From: Candidatus Micrarchaeota archaeon
GTDB lineage: Archaea > Micrarchaeota > Micrarchaeia > Norongarragalinales > Norongarragalinaceae
Reading direction: 5' to 3'
DNA: 64,000 nucleotides
Assembly: GCA_964580705.1 (NCBI GenBank)
Contig: CAZOKY010000001.1
Coordinates: 1,224-65,223 of the forward strand
A program made the translations under genes and the position numbers. Below are positions 1 through 9,310 of this stretch, piece after piece; within the stretch, counting starts at the first letter, position 1; each line of letters starts with the position of its first letter. The notes beneath the pieces are model-generated. The model was not told the DNA's origin and did no database searches. It worked only from the letters and a program-made list of their open reading frames with translations.

Positions 1-689
1 CCGCCTAATCCCATGACGCCGATTCCAAGCTTGTTTGCTTTCGAGAGAAGCGAGCGCTCCATTCCGGCAACGCGGGCATCACTGTTTTTTTCGTTGTCGC
101 GTAACAAAGCTTTCTTCGCCAAACCCAACGCCGTTTCGGCGTTTCCTCCGATTCCTACTCCGATGAATACGGGCGGGCACGCGTGGCCGGCGTGGTTTTT
201 CACGAACAAGATGATTGCTTCCTCGATTTTGGTGGCTGTTGGAGGCAACATGAACAACGCGGTGGCGTTCTCGCTGCCCGCGCCTTTAACGAAAACAGTC
301 AAACAATTCTTTTTCGATGGAATAAAGTGAAGAATTGGTTCGTTGCCGTTGAGGGGTTTTCTGGTTAAGGCGCCAACACTATTCGGGCGCAAAGGAATAA
401 ACTTGGTGGCTTTGGCAACGCCCGCCTTGATTCCTTTTTCTATCGCCAAAAAATCTTTCGGGTTAGCTTCAACGTAAAACTCGAGGAAACCCGTGTCTTG
501 GCACGCCGGCAAACCTTCTTTTTCCGCCAAAACCACGTTATCCAAAATCGTTTTCAATTGAAGGCGCGCGAGCTTGCTTTTTTCTTTCCTTAAAGCAGTC
601 CGCAAAGCTCGCTTTACATCAAGCGGCAAACGCGTTTCCGCTTCCAAAAGAAGTTTTTGAGTTAACTTCGAGACTTGACTGGACTTCAC
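1..689 (-). CDS. Fe-S type fumarate hydratase/tartrate dehydratase alpha subunit (3'-truncated by window edge)
   Basis: Manual translation of the minus strand (not in ORF track): GTG start overlaps the malic enzyme TGA; MKSSQVSKLTQKLLLEAETRLP...GLPACQDTG...ACPPVFIGVGIGG...LGIGVMGLG motifs. Confidence 0.9.
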   Translation of the reverse strand, partial: MKSSQVSKLTQKLLLEAETRLPLDVKRALRTALRKEKSKLARLQLKTILDNVVLAEKEGLPACQDTGFLEFYVEANPKDFLAIEKGIKAGVAKATKFIPLRPNSVGALTRKPLNGNEPILHFIPSKKNCLTVFVKGAGSENATALFMLPPTATKIEEAIILFVKNHAGHACPPVFIGVGIGGNAETALGLAKKALLRDNEKNSDARVAGMERSLLSKANKLGIGVMGLG

Positions 690-1861
690 TTTCTCGCTAC
701 CCCCGTTTTTCGTGCGGCTTTCGCAACCGCCTTCGCTACAGCAGGCGCGACGCGCTTGTCGAACGGCTTCGGTAAAATGCAACGCCGAGAAAGTTTTCCG
801 TTCAATACTCCCGCGATTGCTTTCGCCGCCGCAAGCTTCATTTCGTCGTTCACGCGCCTCGCGCGGCAGTCAAGCATTCCCCTGAAGATTCCCGGAAAAC
901 CCAGCACGTTGTTGACCTGGTTCTCGTAATCACTGCGGCCCGTCGCGACAATGAATGCCCCTGCTTTCTTGGCTTCACGCGGGTCGATTTCAGGAACAGG
1001 ATTCGCCAACGCGAGCACAATCGAGCGCTTCGCCATGCTTTGAACCATCGCCTGCGTCAAAACGCGCGGAACGCTCACGCCCACGAAAACGTCCGCGCCC
1101 TTGATGACATCCGAAAGCGAACCCTTGATTTTTCGTTTGTTCGACAACCGCGCGATTTCCTTGTGATGCTTGGCCATGCCTTTCTTTCCAAGCCACAACG
1201 CCCCGTTTTTGTCGACTGCTACGACGTTTCGCGCGCCCGCCTTAACGAGAAGCTTGACTATCGCGCACCCGGCAGCGCCCACGCCGTTAACAACGATTTT
1301 CGCGGTCCGCAAGTTTTTGCGGGCGAGCTTCAACGCGTTGAACAACGCCGCAAGCGCTACCACCGCCGTCCCGTGCTGGTCATCGTGAAAAACCGGGATA
1401 TCGATTTCCCTGCGCAGCCGCTCCTCGACTTCAAAACACTTCGGCGACTCGATGTCCTCGAGGTTGATTCCGTCGAATGAAGGAGAAATGGCTTTCACCG
1501 CCGCAACGATTTCGTCCGCGGTTTTAGCTTTAATGCAAATCGCGTAAGCGTCCACGTTTGCGAACTCCTTGAAAAGCACGGCTTTACCTTCCATAACGGG
1601 AAGCGCCGCTTCAGGACCAATGTTTCCCAAGCCAAGCACTCGCGAACCGTCGCTGACGACTGCAACGCTGTTCCACTTATTCGTGAGGTCGAAAACTCTT
1701 TCAGGGTGCTTCGCGATAACGCGGCACGGCTCCGCAACGCCAGGCGTGTACGCCAACGCGAGGTCGCGCATCGTTTTCACTTTAACGCGCGACTTGAGTT
1801 CTAGCTTGCCCTTGAGCTTTGCATGCATTTTAAGTGAATCGGAATAAACGGATGCAGACAA
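686..1861 (-). CDS. NAD(P)-dependent malic enzyme
   Basis: LAYTPGVAEPC, VLGLGNIG, PVMEGKA, INLEDI, FHDDQHGT, ALANP, NQVNN motifs; TTG start at 1861 after AGGTGG SD. Confidence 0.95.
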   Translation of the reverse strand: MSASVYSDSLKMHAKLKGKLELKSRVKVKTMRDLALAYTPGVAEPCRVIAKHPERVFDLTNKWNSVAVVSDGSRVLGLGNIGPEAALPVMEGKAVLFKEFANVDAYAICIKAKTADEIVAAVKAISPSFDGINLEDIESPKCFEVEERLRREIDIPVFHDDQHGTAVVALAALFNALKLARKNLRTAKIVVNGVGAAGCAIVKLLVKAGARNVVAVDKNGALWLGKKGMAKHHKEIARLSNKRKIKGSLSDVIKGADVFVGVSVPRVLTQAMVQSMAKRSIVLALANPVPEIDPREAKKAGAFIVATGRSDYENQVNNVLGFPGIFRGMLDCRARRVNDEMKLAAAKAIAGVLNGKLSRRCILPKPFDKRVAPAVAKAVAKAARKTGVARK

Positions 1862-1915
1862 CTGAAACCACCTACGAATTGAGAAGGTAATAAGACGCGA
1901 AAGCGTAATAAAAAC

Positions 1916-2245
1916 GTGGCTGAAGCAACCGAATTCACGCGAAAAGTGTGGAAAGCGTGCCGTCGAATCCCCCGCGGACGCGTTTCGACTTACGCGGAAA
2001 TCGCGCGCGCAATCGGAAAACCGCGAGCAAGCCGCGCCGTAGGCAACGCGTTGAACGCGAGCCCGGGAATGCGCCCGCCACGCGGCGTTCCGAGCGTTCC
2101 TTGTCACCGAGTGGTCAAAGCCGACGGCGAAATGGGCGGTTTCGCGAAAGGAACGAAAACCAAAACCAAACTGCTAGGGAAAGAAGGTCTGACCGTAAAG
2201 AAAGGAAAAATCTTGGGTTTCGAGAAAAAACTTTTTTCTCTTTGA
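1916..2245 (+). CDS. ogt: Methylated-DNA--protein-cysteine methyltransferase (MGMT family, short form)
   Basis: IPRGRVSTYAEIA, RAVGNAL HTH and PCHRVV active-site motif. Confidence 0.9.
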   Translation: MAEATEFTRKVWKACRRIPRGRVSTYAEIARAIGKPRASRAVGNALNASPGMRPPRGVPSVPCHRVVKADGEMGGFAKGTKTKTKLLGKEGLTVKKGKILGFEKKLFSL

Positions 2246-2337
2246 TTCGCCAATCCGCGAGTTGAAGTAAAAACACGTTTTTTAAACGAGCGCGCGGAAA
2301 CACGTTAAGGGAAACTCGTTAAGGAGGGAGATGCGCT

Positions 2338-3414
2338 TTGAACGGAAACGAAAAAAAACGGGAAACGTTTTTCGCAATCGCTTTGCTGCTGCCTTTGCTG
2401 CTGGTAATGCCCGGTTTCGTCCTCGCTGACGGCGGACACGTCCCGCCCAGGCCTTCGCCCGGCGTGCAGCCTTACCGCGTTTTCGAGCCGAACCAGCAAG
2501 CCGTAGTAGCGTGGAACAACGACCGCGAAATACTCATTCTCGCGACGACGATTTACGCCAACGCGCCGACCCGCGTGCTCCGCTTGATTCCGTTTCCAAG
2601 CGAGCCTCAAGTCGAGCAAGGAGACTGGACTACCTTCGACTTCCTCAAACAATACCAAACGCGTTACCAAGAAGACTACGGCATAATGCCCGGAGCAATG
2701 GGAGCCGCCGCTGAAAGCAAAGCTCAAGTCGTCTTCCACAAGCGCGTCGGAACGCACACGCTCACCGCGGTGCGCGTTGAAGACGCCGGCGAACTCGAAG
2801 GATTCACGCAAGGCTACGAAGCCGCCTCCGGATTAAAGTTCGACTTCACGGAAATCAGGCCGATAGTCGCGAATTACGTTGCGCGAGGAGTCAAGTACTT
2901 CGTGTTCGACTTGATTGAAGTCGACGTGGAGCCGCGCGACACGAACCCCGTAATCTACTCTTTCGACTCGAAGTACGCGTTTTACCCGCTCGAAATTTCT
3001 TCGACGACTCAAGGCCGAGCCGACGTGGCGCTTTACTTGATTACTCCCGCAGGCGCCCAAGAAATTCACGACGCGAAAGACCCGATGACTCCGTCGCGGC
3101 TGCCTTTGTCGTTCGCGGGAAGCCACTCGCTCGCCGCGTACGAGTTGTTGAAAGTAGGCCGCAACGTAAGCGAACTGATGCGCGGCGGGACGGGAAGCGA
3201 AACCGTAGGCGAAGCCGACTTGCGAGTGTACACTTACTCGGGGCAGTTAAGGGATCTAACGCAAGACTTCGTAATCAAAATGAGTGGGAACGGCGAAAGC
3301 CGCGCCTTGCCCGGTTCGGAAGAAGATTACTCTTCGCTATTGTGGCTGACTGCGGGAGTGCTGCTCGTGTGCGCGGCGCTGGCGTTTTACGCGTTCAAAC
3401 GCTGGTACTTGTAA
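2338..3414 (+). CDS. Secreted, C-terminally anchored DUF2330-like protein
   Basis: N-terminal signal peptide, QQAVVAWN...EILIL and YPLEISS segments recalled for DUF2330, C-terminal TM helix with basic tail. Confidence 0.6.
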   Translation: MNGNEKKRETFFAIALLLPLLLVMPGFVLADGGHVPPRPSPGVQPYRVFEPNQQAVVAWNNDREILILATTIYANAPTRVLRLIPFPSEPQVEQGDWTTFDFLKQYQTRYQEDYGIMPGAMGAAAESKAQVVFHKRVGTHTLTAVRVEDAGELEGFTQGYEAASGLKFDFTEIRPIVANYVARGVKYFVFDLIEVDVEPRDTNPVIYSFDSKYAFYPLEISSTTQGRADVALYLITPAGAQEIHDAKDPMTPSRLPLSFAGSHSLAAYELLKVGRNVSELMRGGTGSETVGEADLRVYTYSGQLRDLTQDFVIKMSGNGESRALPGSEEDYSSLLWLTAGVLLVCAALAFYAFKRWYL

Positions 3415-3474
3415 AAAAGTTTTTTGCGGTGCGCGCGTCGCGGAATAGCAACGAAATTCAAGGAAAAACTGTTT

Positions 3475-4185
3475 TCAAGCGCGGCGTGAAAAACGAGGTT
3501 CTAGTTTCTTGTGAATTCCAGCCGTGATAGCGTCCGAAATTTCTTCAGACATGAAACCGTGCTTTTCAGACGCCGCCGCGTCAGCCACGTGCAAGTAGCT
3601 ATTCAAAAGGTAACGCGTTTCCTCGCGTTCGCGGCGGTTTGCACCGCGCGCTTCATCGATAGCGCGTTCAATCGATAGCCGGTGCCGTTCGAATTCAGTC
3701 ACTTTTTTAAAAATCGCTGGAACTTCGACGTCAAACTGCTTTTCGTCCTCGCTCGGTTTTACTAAAACCGGTTGCCGGAGATAAAAATTAAGCAGCGTCG
3801 GCAACGCCGTGCTGCGCAACTTGGTTGCGCGTCCAGTTAAAGAATGCAGAAAACCAAAAGCGCGAACTAGAAAACCCGGTTTCAACAGCGTGTTGTGATA
3901 GGAAATTATTAGAGCATCAGGATTTTTAGCGCGCAAACCGTCGAAAAACGCTTGGTTTTCAGGGAAAAACCGAGCGTTTAGTCGAAACGGAAACTGCACA
4001 AACGGTTTTTTAGTAGTCAAGCCAAGCAGCCTGTGGTGAACGCTTAACTCTCTTGGAAAAGTTACGAAAGATACTTTGTGCCCCAGCGCTTCAAGCTTCT
4101 CGCTAACGCGTTTAGCAATCGGCGCCGCAGTCAGTTCGTTCGGGTCTTCGTCAACAACAAAGATGGCTTCATCCAAGCTATTCAC
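3475..4185 (-). CDS. Hypothetical protein (ORFan)
   Basis: Open frame filling the gap downstream of argS; GTG overlaps the argS TGA; no recognised motif. Confidence 0.6.
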   Translation of the reverse strand: MNSLDEAIFVVDEDPNELTAAPIAKRVSEKLEALGHKVSFVTFPRELSVHHRLLGLTTKKPFVQFPFRLNARFFPENQAFFDGLRAKNPDALIISYHNTLLKPGFLVRAFGFLHSLTGRATKLRSTALPTLLNFYLRQPVLVKPSEDEKQFDVEVPAIFKKVTEFERHRLSIERAIDEARGANRREREETRYLLNSYLHVADAAASEKHGFMSEEISDAITAGIHKKLEPRFSRRA

Positions 4186-5954
4186 ATTTTCTCGGGCGCG
4201 CTGATTCCGAGCAACGCAAGCCCGTTCTCGATGACGCGAAGCGACGCGCCCACGATTTGCAAGCGACGCGCCTTGTCCTTTTCGTCGTCCGCCGCGAGAA
4301 CGGGACACGCAGCGTAAAAAGAATTGAACGCCGCACAGTAACGCAACAGGAAATCGCAGACTTGGTGAGGCTGCATCGCTCGCGCAGCGCTTTCGACGAC
4401 GAGCGGGAATTCCGCTGCGAGCGCGAGAAGCTGCTTCTCTTCCCTTCCAAAAACAGCGTTCTTGCCTGACTTGGCGGTTACGCCCGCATCCTCCGCTTTC
4501 GCGAGAATCCCCCTGCAGCGCACCAACGCGTACTGAACGTAAGCGCCAGTATCGCCTTCGAACGTCACCGCCGCAGCCGGATCGAAAACAATGTTTTTCT
4601 CAGGCGACACCCGCAGGAAAGCGAAACGCGCGCTTCCCACGCCGATTTGCTTCGCTATCGCATCGATTTCTTTCGCGTCGTAGTCGGAGCCGCGGCGCGC
4701 AAGCACTTGCTTCCTCGCCTCCGCAATTACTTCATTCAGAATGTCTTCGAGGAGAACGACGTTTCCTTGACGAGTCGACATTTTCCCGCTCGGCAACGAA
4801 ATCAACCCGAAAGCCACGTGCTTCAAGTGAGGCGCGTACTGCCTGCCCAAAAGGTCAAGGATTTTGAATACTTGCTGGAAATGGTTTTTTTGCTCGCTCC
4901 CGGTAACGTAAACGCATTCCGTGAAGCGATGCTTTTCGAAGCGGGTTTCCGCAAGCGCGAGATCGCGCGTCGAGTAAAGCGTCGTGCCGTTGCTGCGCAG
5001 CACTATGAGGTTCGGCAAAGCGAATTTCTCTAAATCGCCGACTATTTCCCCGCCCTTGTCGCGGAACGCCACTCTTTTTTCGAGGAGTTCAACGGCGATT
5101 TTCTTGGCAAGCGGAACCATATCGCTGTCGAAAATGGTTTCCTCGAAAGAAACGCCTAGAAGCGCGTAATTTCGCTGGAAGGCGTCAACGCTGATGCGCC
5201 GCACTTCCGCAAGCTCCTTCTTGAGTTTTATTTCCCCGCTCTCCATACCCTCGACGATTACCCGCGCCTTCTCGAGCAACTCAGGATTCTCCTCAATGCG
5301 CTTGTGAATCTTCACGTAATAATCCAGCAAATCCTTCTCGTCGTTCAGCTTCCGCTTTTCCAGCTCGTGCAACGCGAGCATGAGCTTCGCCGTCTGCGTT
5401 CCAGCCTCGCAGAGATAGTTCGAACCGACGACGCTCGCGCCAGAAGCGCGCAGCAAACGCATAATGCTGTCGCCGAGAATCGTGGAACGAATGTGCCCCA
5501 CGTGCATGGGCTTCCCGACGTTCGGAGAAGAGTAATCGATTACGACGCGCCGTTTTTTTCCTTCCGAGTTCGAACCGTAACCCGCACCGGCAGCGCCTAC
5601 TTCCTCGTTCAGCGCAGCGTAAAAAGCGTCGGAGTAAACGAAGTTAACGTAAGGCCCGAGCGCGCTCACCGACGAAAACGACGGCGGAAGATTCTTCTCC
5701 AACTCCGCAGCGAGCTTCTTCGCGATTTCAACCGGATTCTTTTTGGCTTGCTTCGCGATTTCGAACGACGCCGCACTGCTTAAATCCCCGAACTCGAACT
5801 TCGCCGGCCGCGCCACTGCAGGCGCGACTTTAACGGAAAAAAGTTTTTCCGCAGATGAAGCGATTGCCGCGGCTGCTTCGCCTTCGGCGCGCTTTTGAAG
5901 GCAAACCGCATTCTTCACGCCCGCAACGTTCTTCGCTTTCATCGGTTTAGCCAT
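4182..5954 (-). CDS. argS: Arginine--tRNA ligase
   Basis: FGDLSS, GPYVNF, DYSSPNVGKPMHVGHIRST (HIGH), KMSTRQG, YVQYA, C-terminal APEKM; exact start uncertain. Confidence 0.97.
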   Translation of the reverse strand: MAKPMKAKNVAGVKNAVCLQKRAEGEAAAAIASSAEKLFSVKVAPAVARPAKFEFGDLSSAASFEIAKQAKKNPVEIAKKLAAELEKNLPPSFSSVSALGPYVNFVYSDAFYAALNEEVGAAGAGYGSNSEGKKRRVVIDYSSPNVGKPMHVGHIRSTILGDSIMRLLRASGASVVGSNYLCEAGTQTAKLMLALHELEKRKLNDEKDLLDYYVKIHKRIEENPELLEKARVIVEGMESGEIKLKKELAEVRRISVDAFQRNYALLGVSFEETIFDSDMVPLAKKIAVELLEKRVAFRDKGGEIVGDLEKFALPNLIVLRSNGTTLYSTRDLALAETRFEKHRFTECVYVTGSEQKNHFQQVFKILDLLGRQYAPHLKHVAFGLISLPSGKMSTRQGNVVLLEDILNEVIAEARKQVLARRGSDYDAKEIDAIAKQIGVGSARFAFLRVSPEKNIVFDPAAAVTFEGDTGAYVQYALVRCRGILAKAEDAGVTAKSGKNAVFGREEKQLLALAAEFPLVVESAARAMQPHQVCDFLLRYCAAFNSFYAACPVLAADDEKDKARRLQIVGASLRVIENGLALLGISAPEKM

Positions 5955-6081
5955 ACCTTTTATAGTATGCAAAGCGAATTATTAAATGCTCGAACCCGCC
6001 GAAACAAACGAGACGGACGAAACAGTCGAAGCAATCTAAACAATATTCTTTTAACAACAATCAACGGGAGTTGGTAATCTA

Positions 6082-6963
6082 GTGTTTACCGCAAGAAAAA
6101 AAGCTGGGAAAACAAAACCGGCCAAAACCGTAAAAAAAGTCAAACTCGCACCAAAGCAAGAAAAACAGAAAAAAACTCGCGAACCGCTGATACCGCGCTT
6201 TCGAGGCGTATCGCTCCAGCTAGTCGCCGTATTCGTAATGGCTCAATGCATTGCTTTGCTCGCGGGCGCGCAATTCCTCTCGCAACAAGTAAGCTTCGTG
6301 AAAGACTCCGCGAGCATGGGAAACGCGGCGTTCTTATTCGCGTACGTCATCGGAGCCACGCTGTTAATGCTCGTATTGATAAAATACTATAAAGGCAACA
6401 AGCTCTTCATCCTCGTCGAATACGCGCTCATATTCTGCACCGTTGAATTGTTCGCCTCTCTTTTCATCAACGAACTCGCGGCGTTGGCGGCCGCCGCAGT
6501 CGCCGTAAGCGTCCGCGTCGCGTTTCCGCGCCTGCGCAACATCATCCTCGTACTCGCCATAGCGATAGTCGGCGGATTGCTCGGCGCAAGCCTCGACTTG
6601 CTTCCCGCAGCCGCGTTCGCGATTGCCCTCGCCGTTTACGACGTAATCGCCGTCTTCTACAGCAAGCACATGGTTACGCTCGCGAAAGCGCTTGACAAAC
6701 GCGGAGCCGCGTTCGCAGTCCACCTGCAAGACGGAAAAGAAAGCATTCAGTTGGGAACGGGCGACGTCGTTATTCCCGCGATGCTCAGCGTCAGCGCCTT
6801 GCGCATAGCGCCGTTAGCCGGCGTATTCGGACTCGCTGGCTCGGTTCTCGGCTTGATCGTGATAATCGTGCTCCTCGAAAAATTCAAGGGGTACTGGCCC
6901 GCGCTGCCCCCGATTGTTTTCGGCACGCTCGCCGCAATCGGCGCATACGTCTTTCTGGCGTGA
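6082..6963 (+). CDS. Presenilin/signal-peptide-peptidase family intramembrane aspartyl protease (A22)
   Basis: Multiple TM helices with YD, LGxGD and PALP motifs. Confidence 0.9.
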   Translation: MFTARKKAGKTKPAKTVKKVKLAPKQEKQKKTREPLIPRFRGVSLQLVAVFVMAQCIALLAGAQFLSQQVSFVKDSASMGNAAFLFAYVIGATLLMLVLIKYYKGNKLFILVEYALIFCTVELFASLFINELAALAAAAVAVSVRVAFPRLRNIILVLAIAIVGGLLGASLDLLPAAAFAIALAVYDVIAVFYSKHMVTLAKALDKRGAAFAVHLQDGKESIQLGTGDVVIPAMLSVSALRIAPLAGVFGLAGSVLGLIVIIVLLEKFKGYWPALPPIVFGTLAAIGAYVFLA

Positions 6964-6984
6964 AGAGCGACGCGAGACGCGAGC

Positions 6985-6992
6985 TTTAAAAA
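6985..6992 (+). promoter_or_regulatory. TATA box of the rpl30e-nusA-rps12-rps7-EF2 operon
   Basis: TTTAAAAA about 25 nt upstream of a structured leader, with an AT-rich segment between. Confidence 0.55.
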
Positions 6993-7014
6993 GGGTTTTA
7001 GGCATAAGAATAAC

Positions 7015-7101
7015 CTCGGCTCCTTTTACGATAATGGGGAGGAACCCGAGCCCGCCTTGCGGCGGGCGAACGGGTTGAGAACCATTGACTTACGAATGGT
7101 T
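7015..7101 (+). promoter_or_regulatory. Structured 5' leader of rpl30e operon (candidate cis-regulatory RNA)
   Basis: Hairpins AACCCG-A-GCCCGCC-TTGC-GGCGGGC-GAA-CGGGTT and AACCATT-8nt-AATGGTT; alternative CTCGG/CCGAG stem. Confidence 0.45.
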
Positions 7102-7153
7102 TGAAGCACAAGAAATGCTAGTAGCAACAACAGCAAAGCGTGGTGTTAGAAAC

Positions 7154-7453
7154 ATGGATTTAGCTAAATCAATTCGGTTCGCAGTCGACACCGGAAAAGT
7201 CGAACTCGGCTTAAAACAAACGCTGAAAATCGCGTTAAACGGAAACGCGAAACTAGTCATAATCGCGAAAAACTGCCCGAACGACAGCTCAGCCGACGTA
7301 AAACGCTTTACGACGCTCTCGCAAACGCCGCTCGTCGTATTCGAAGGAACGAGCGTCGAACTCGGAAACGCGTGCGGAAAACCCTTCCCCGTCAGCGCGC
7401 TCTCGGTAATCGAGGAAGGAAACTCGGACGTGCTCAAAACGATAAAACACTGA
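7154..7453 (+). CDS. rpl30e: 50S ribosomal protein L30e
   Basis: AVDTGKVELG, LVIIAKNCP, ELGNACGKPF motifs; precedes nusA. Confidence 0.96.
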   Translation: MDLAKSIRFAVDTGKVELGLKQTLKIALNGNAKLVIIAKNCPNDSSADVKRFTTLSQTPLVVFEGTSVELGNACGKPFPVSALSVIEEGNSDVLKTIKH

Positions 7454-7496
7454 AAAATGCGTTGAAAAATTGATTGAAAGATTCAGGGGATTTATT

Positions 7497-7922
7497 TTGC
7501 CTACGATTTCAAACGACGAACTCGCGATGCTCAACACGCTCGAACGAGCGACGGGCGCCAAGGCGAACGACGTTTACGCGACCAACGAGTGCGTCACGTT
7601 CATCGTCCAACAAGGCGACCTCGGAAAAGCAATCGGCAAGCAAAGCGCGAACCTCGAACACTTGCGCAAGGCGTTCGGCAAAAACGTTGACCTCGTGGAA
7701 GACGCGGACACTCTTCGAACGTTTCTCGGCAACGTTTTCCGAGGAGTAGAGTTTCTCAGCGTCGAAGAAAAAGAAGACGCGGCGAACGGACGCAAAACAG
7801 TTTTATTGAAGGTAAGCGAAGCGCACCGAGGCAAGGCAATCGGCCGCGGCGGCGAGAAAATCAACCGCGCGCGAGCGCTCGTCAAACGCAGGTTCGGTTA
7901 CGACGACGTAAAAATATCGTGA
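7497..7922 (+). CDS. nusA: Archaeal NusA (two KH domains)
   Basis: GKAIGKQS and GKAIGRGG KH loops; conserved L30e-nusA-S12 order; probable TTG start. Confidence 0.93.
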   Translation: MPTISNDELAMLNTLERATGAKANDVYATNECVTFIVQQGDLGKAIGKQSANLEHLRKAFGKNVDLVEDADTLRTFLGNVFRGVEFLSVEEKEDAANGRKTVLLKVSEAHRGKAIGRGGEKINRARALVKRRFGYDDVKIS

Positions 7923-8007
7923 TAAAAAAACAGCGATTGAAAAAAAATTAAAGAAACAATTATCGAAAAAACGAAAAAAGTAAAAAGCATTTAAGGTGGT
8001 TTTGAAA

Positions 8008-8436
8008 ATGGCTCGAGGAGAATTCGCAGGACGCATACTCAAAAACCAGCGCAAGCAAGCGCGCTGGCTCAAGAAAACGTGGAAGCGCAAAGCCCTCGGA
8101 CTCAAGGAAAAATACGACCCGTTGGAAGGAGCGCCGCAAGCAAAAGGCATCGTACTGAAAAAAACGGGTAAAGAGCAAAAGCAGCCTCACTCGGGAATCG
8201 TCAAGTGCGTCACAGTGCAACTCGTCAAGAACGGCAAGAAAGTCAGCGCGCACTGCCCTCGCGACAAAGCAGTCGAGAAAATCGACGAACACGACGAAGT
8301 CTTAATCGAAGGCCTCGGCGGCTCGCAACGCGGGCAAATGGGTTCGATTCCCGGCGTGCGTTATAAAGTCATTCAAGTCAACGGGATATCGCTCGAAGAA
8401 TTGCGTTTGAACAGGAAGGAAAAACCGAAGCGTTGA
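8008..8436 (+). CDS. rps12: 30S ribosomal protein S12 (uS12)
   Basis: [36 protein letters not shown]. Confidence 0.97.
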   Translation: MARGEFAGRILKNQRKQARWLKKTWKRKALGLKEKYDPLEGAPQAKGIVLKKTGKEQKQPHSGIVKCVTVQLVKNGKKVSAHCPRDKAVEKIDEHDEVLIEGLGGSQRGQMGSIPGVRYKVIQVNGISLEELRLNRKEKPKR

Positions 8437-8473
8437 GAACGCTGAAAGCAAAAAAGCAAAAGGTGTTATCGCA

Positions 8474-9259
8474 ATGGCTGAAGAAAAAAAGATTGAAGAA
8501 AAAGAAAAACCCGGCGCGCCCGCTGAAGAAAAAGCGGAAACGAAAGCCGAAGCCAAAGGAAGCGGAGCGGAAAACGTCGTCGCCGAAGAAAAAGCGAAGG
8601 CTGCGGCCGCAGCCGCAGCGGCTGCCGAAGCGGACGAAAGCAAGATTAGGATACCGAAGCAAAAACTCTTCGGAAAGTACGATTACGACTGCATAGTCGT
8701 CCGCGACCGCACGCTCGAACCGTACATTTCGCTTAAGCCAGTCGCGCTTCCGCACAGTTTCGCGCGCCACGCCAACAAATCCTTCGGGAAAGCGCGCATG
8801 AACGTAGTTGAGCGTCTCGCGAACAAGATGATGCGCGGCGGCACGGGCGAGAAACTCGGCGGAAAAGTCATTCGCACTCAAGGACGCCTGCAAGGCAAGA
8901 AAAGCCGCGTTCTCCGCATAATCGAGGAAGCGATGGACGTCGTAGCGGTGAAAACCAAGAAGAACCCGTTGCAGTTGCTTGTGAAAGCGGTCGAAAACGT
9001 CGCGCCGCGCGAAGACGTCACGCGCATCCGCATGGGCGGCGTCTCTTATCAGGTCGCTACGGACGTAAGCCCGTTGCGCAGGCTCGACATGGCGTTGCGC
9101 AACATCGCGCTCGCCGCGATCACGAGCGCGTTCAACAAGAAGACGAAGCTCGGGGAAGCGTTAGCGCACGAAATCGAGCTCGCCGCGGCGAATTCGCAGG
9201 ACAGTTACGCCGTCAAACGCAAGAACGAGACGGAACGCATCGCCAAGAGCGCGAGGTAA
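8474..9259 (+). CDS. rps7: 30S ribosomal protein S7 (uS7) with Ala/Glu-rich N-terminal extension
   Basis: KLFGKY, VVERLANKMM, NPLQLLVKAVEN-APRE, ERIAKSAR. Confidence 0.97.
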   Translation: MAEEKKIEEKEKPGAPAEEKAETKAEAKGSGAENVVAEEKAKAAAAAAAAAEADESKIRIPKQKLFGKYDYDCIVVRDRTLEPYISLKPVALPHSFARHANKSFGKARMNVVERLANKMMRGGTGEKLGGKVIRTQGRLQGKKSRVLRIIEEAMDVVAVKTKKNPLQLLVKAVENVAPREDVTRIRMGGVSYQVATDVSPLRRLDMALRNIALAAITSAFNKKTKLGEALAHEIELAAANSQDSYAVKRKNETERIAKSAR

Positions 9260-9310
9260 GCAGTTAAAAATTAAAAAAAACTTCAATTCAAAGGAGTAGT
9301 GGTTTAGGAA

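Noticed and set aside
6993..7080. RNase P, SRP, HDV ribozyme or canonical K-turn at the L30e leader
   Set aside because: GGGGAGGAAC resembles but does not match GAGGAAAGUCC, and no RNase P 3' motif follows. There is no SRP helix 8 motif. P3/L3 geometry does not fit HDV, and the bulge is on the wrong side for a standard K-turn.
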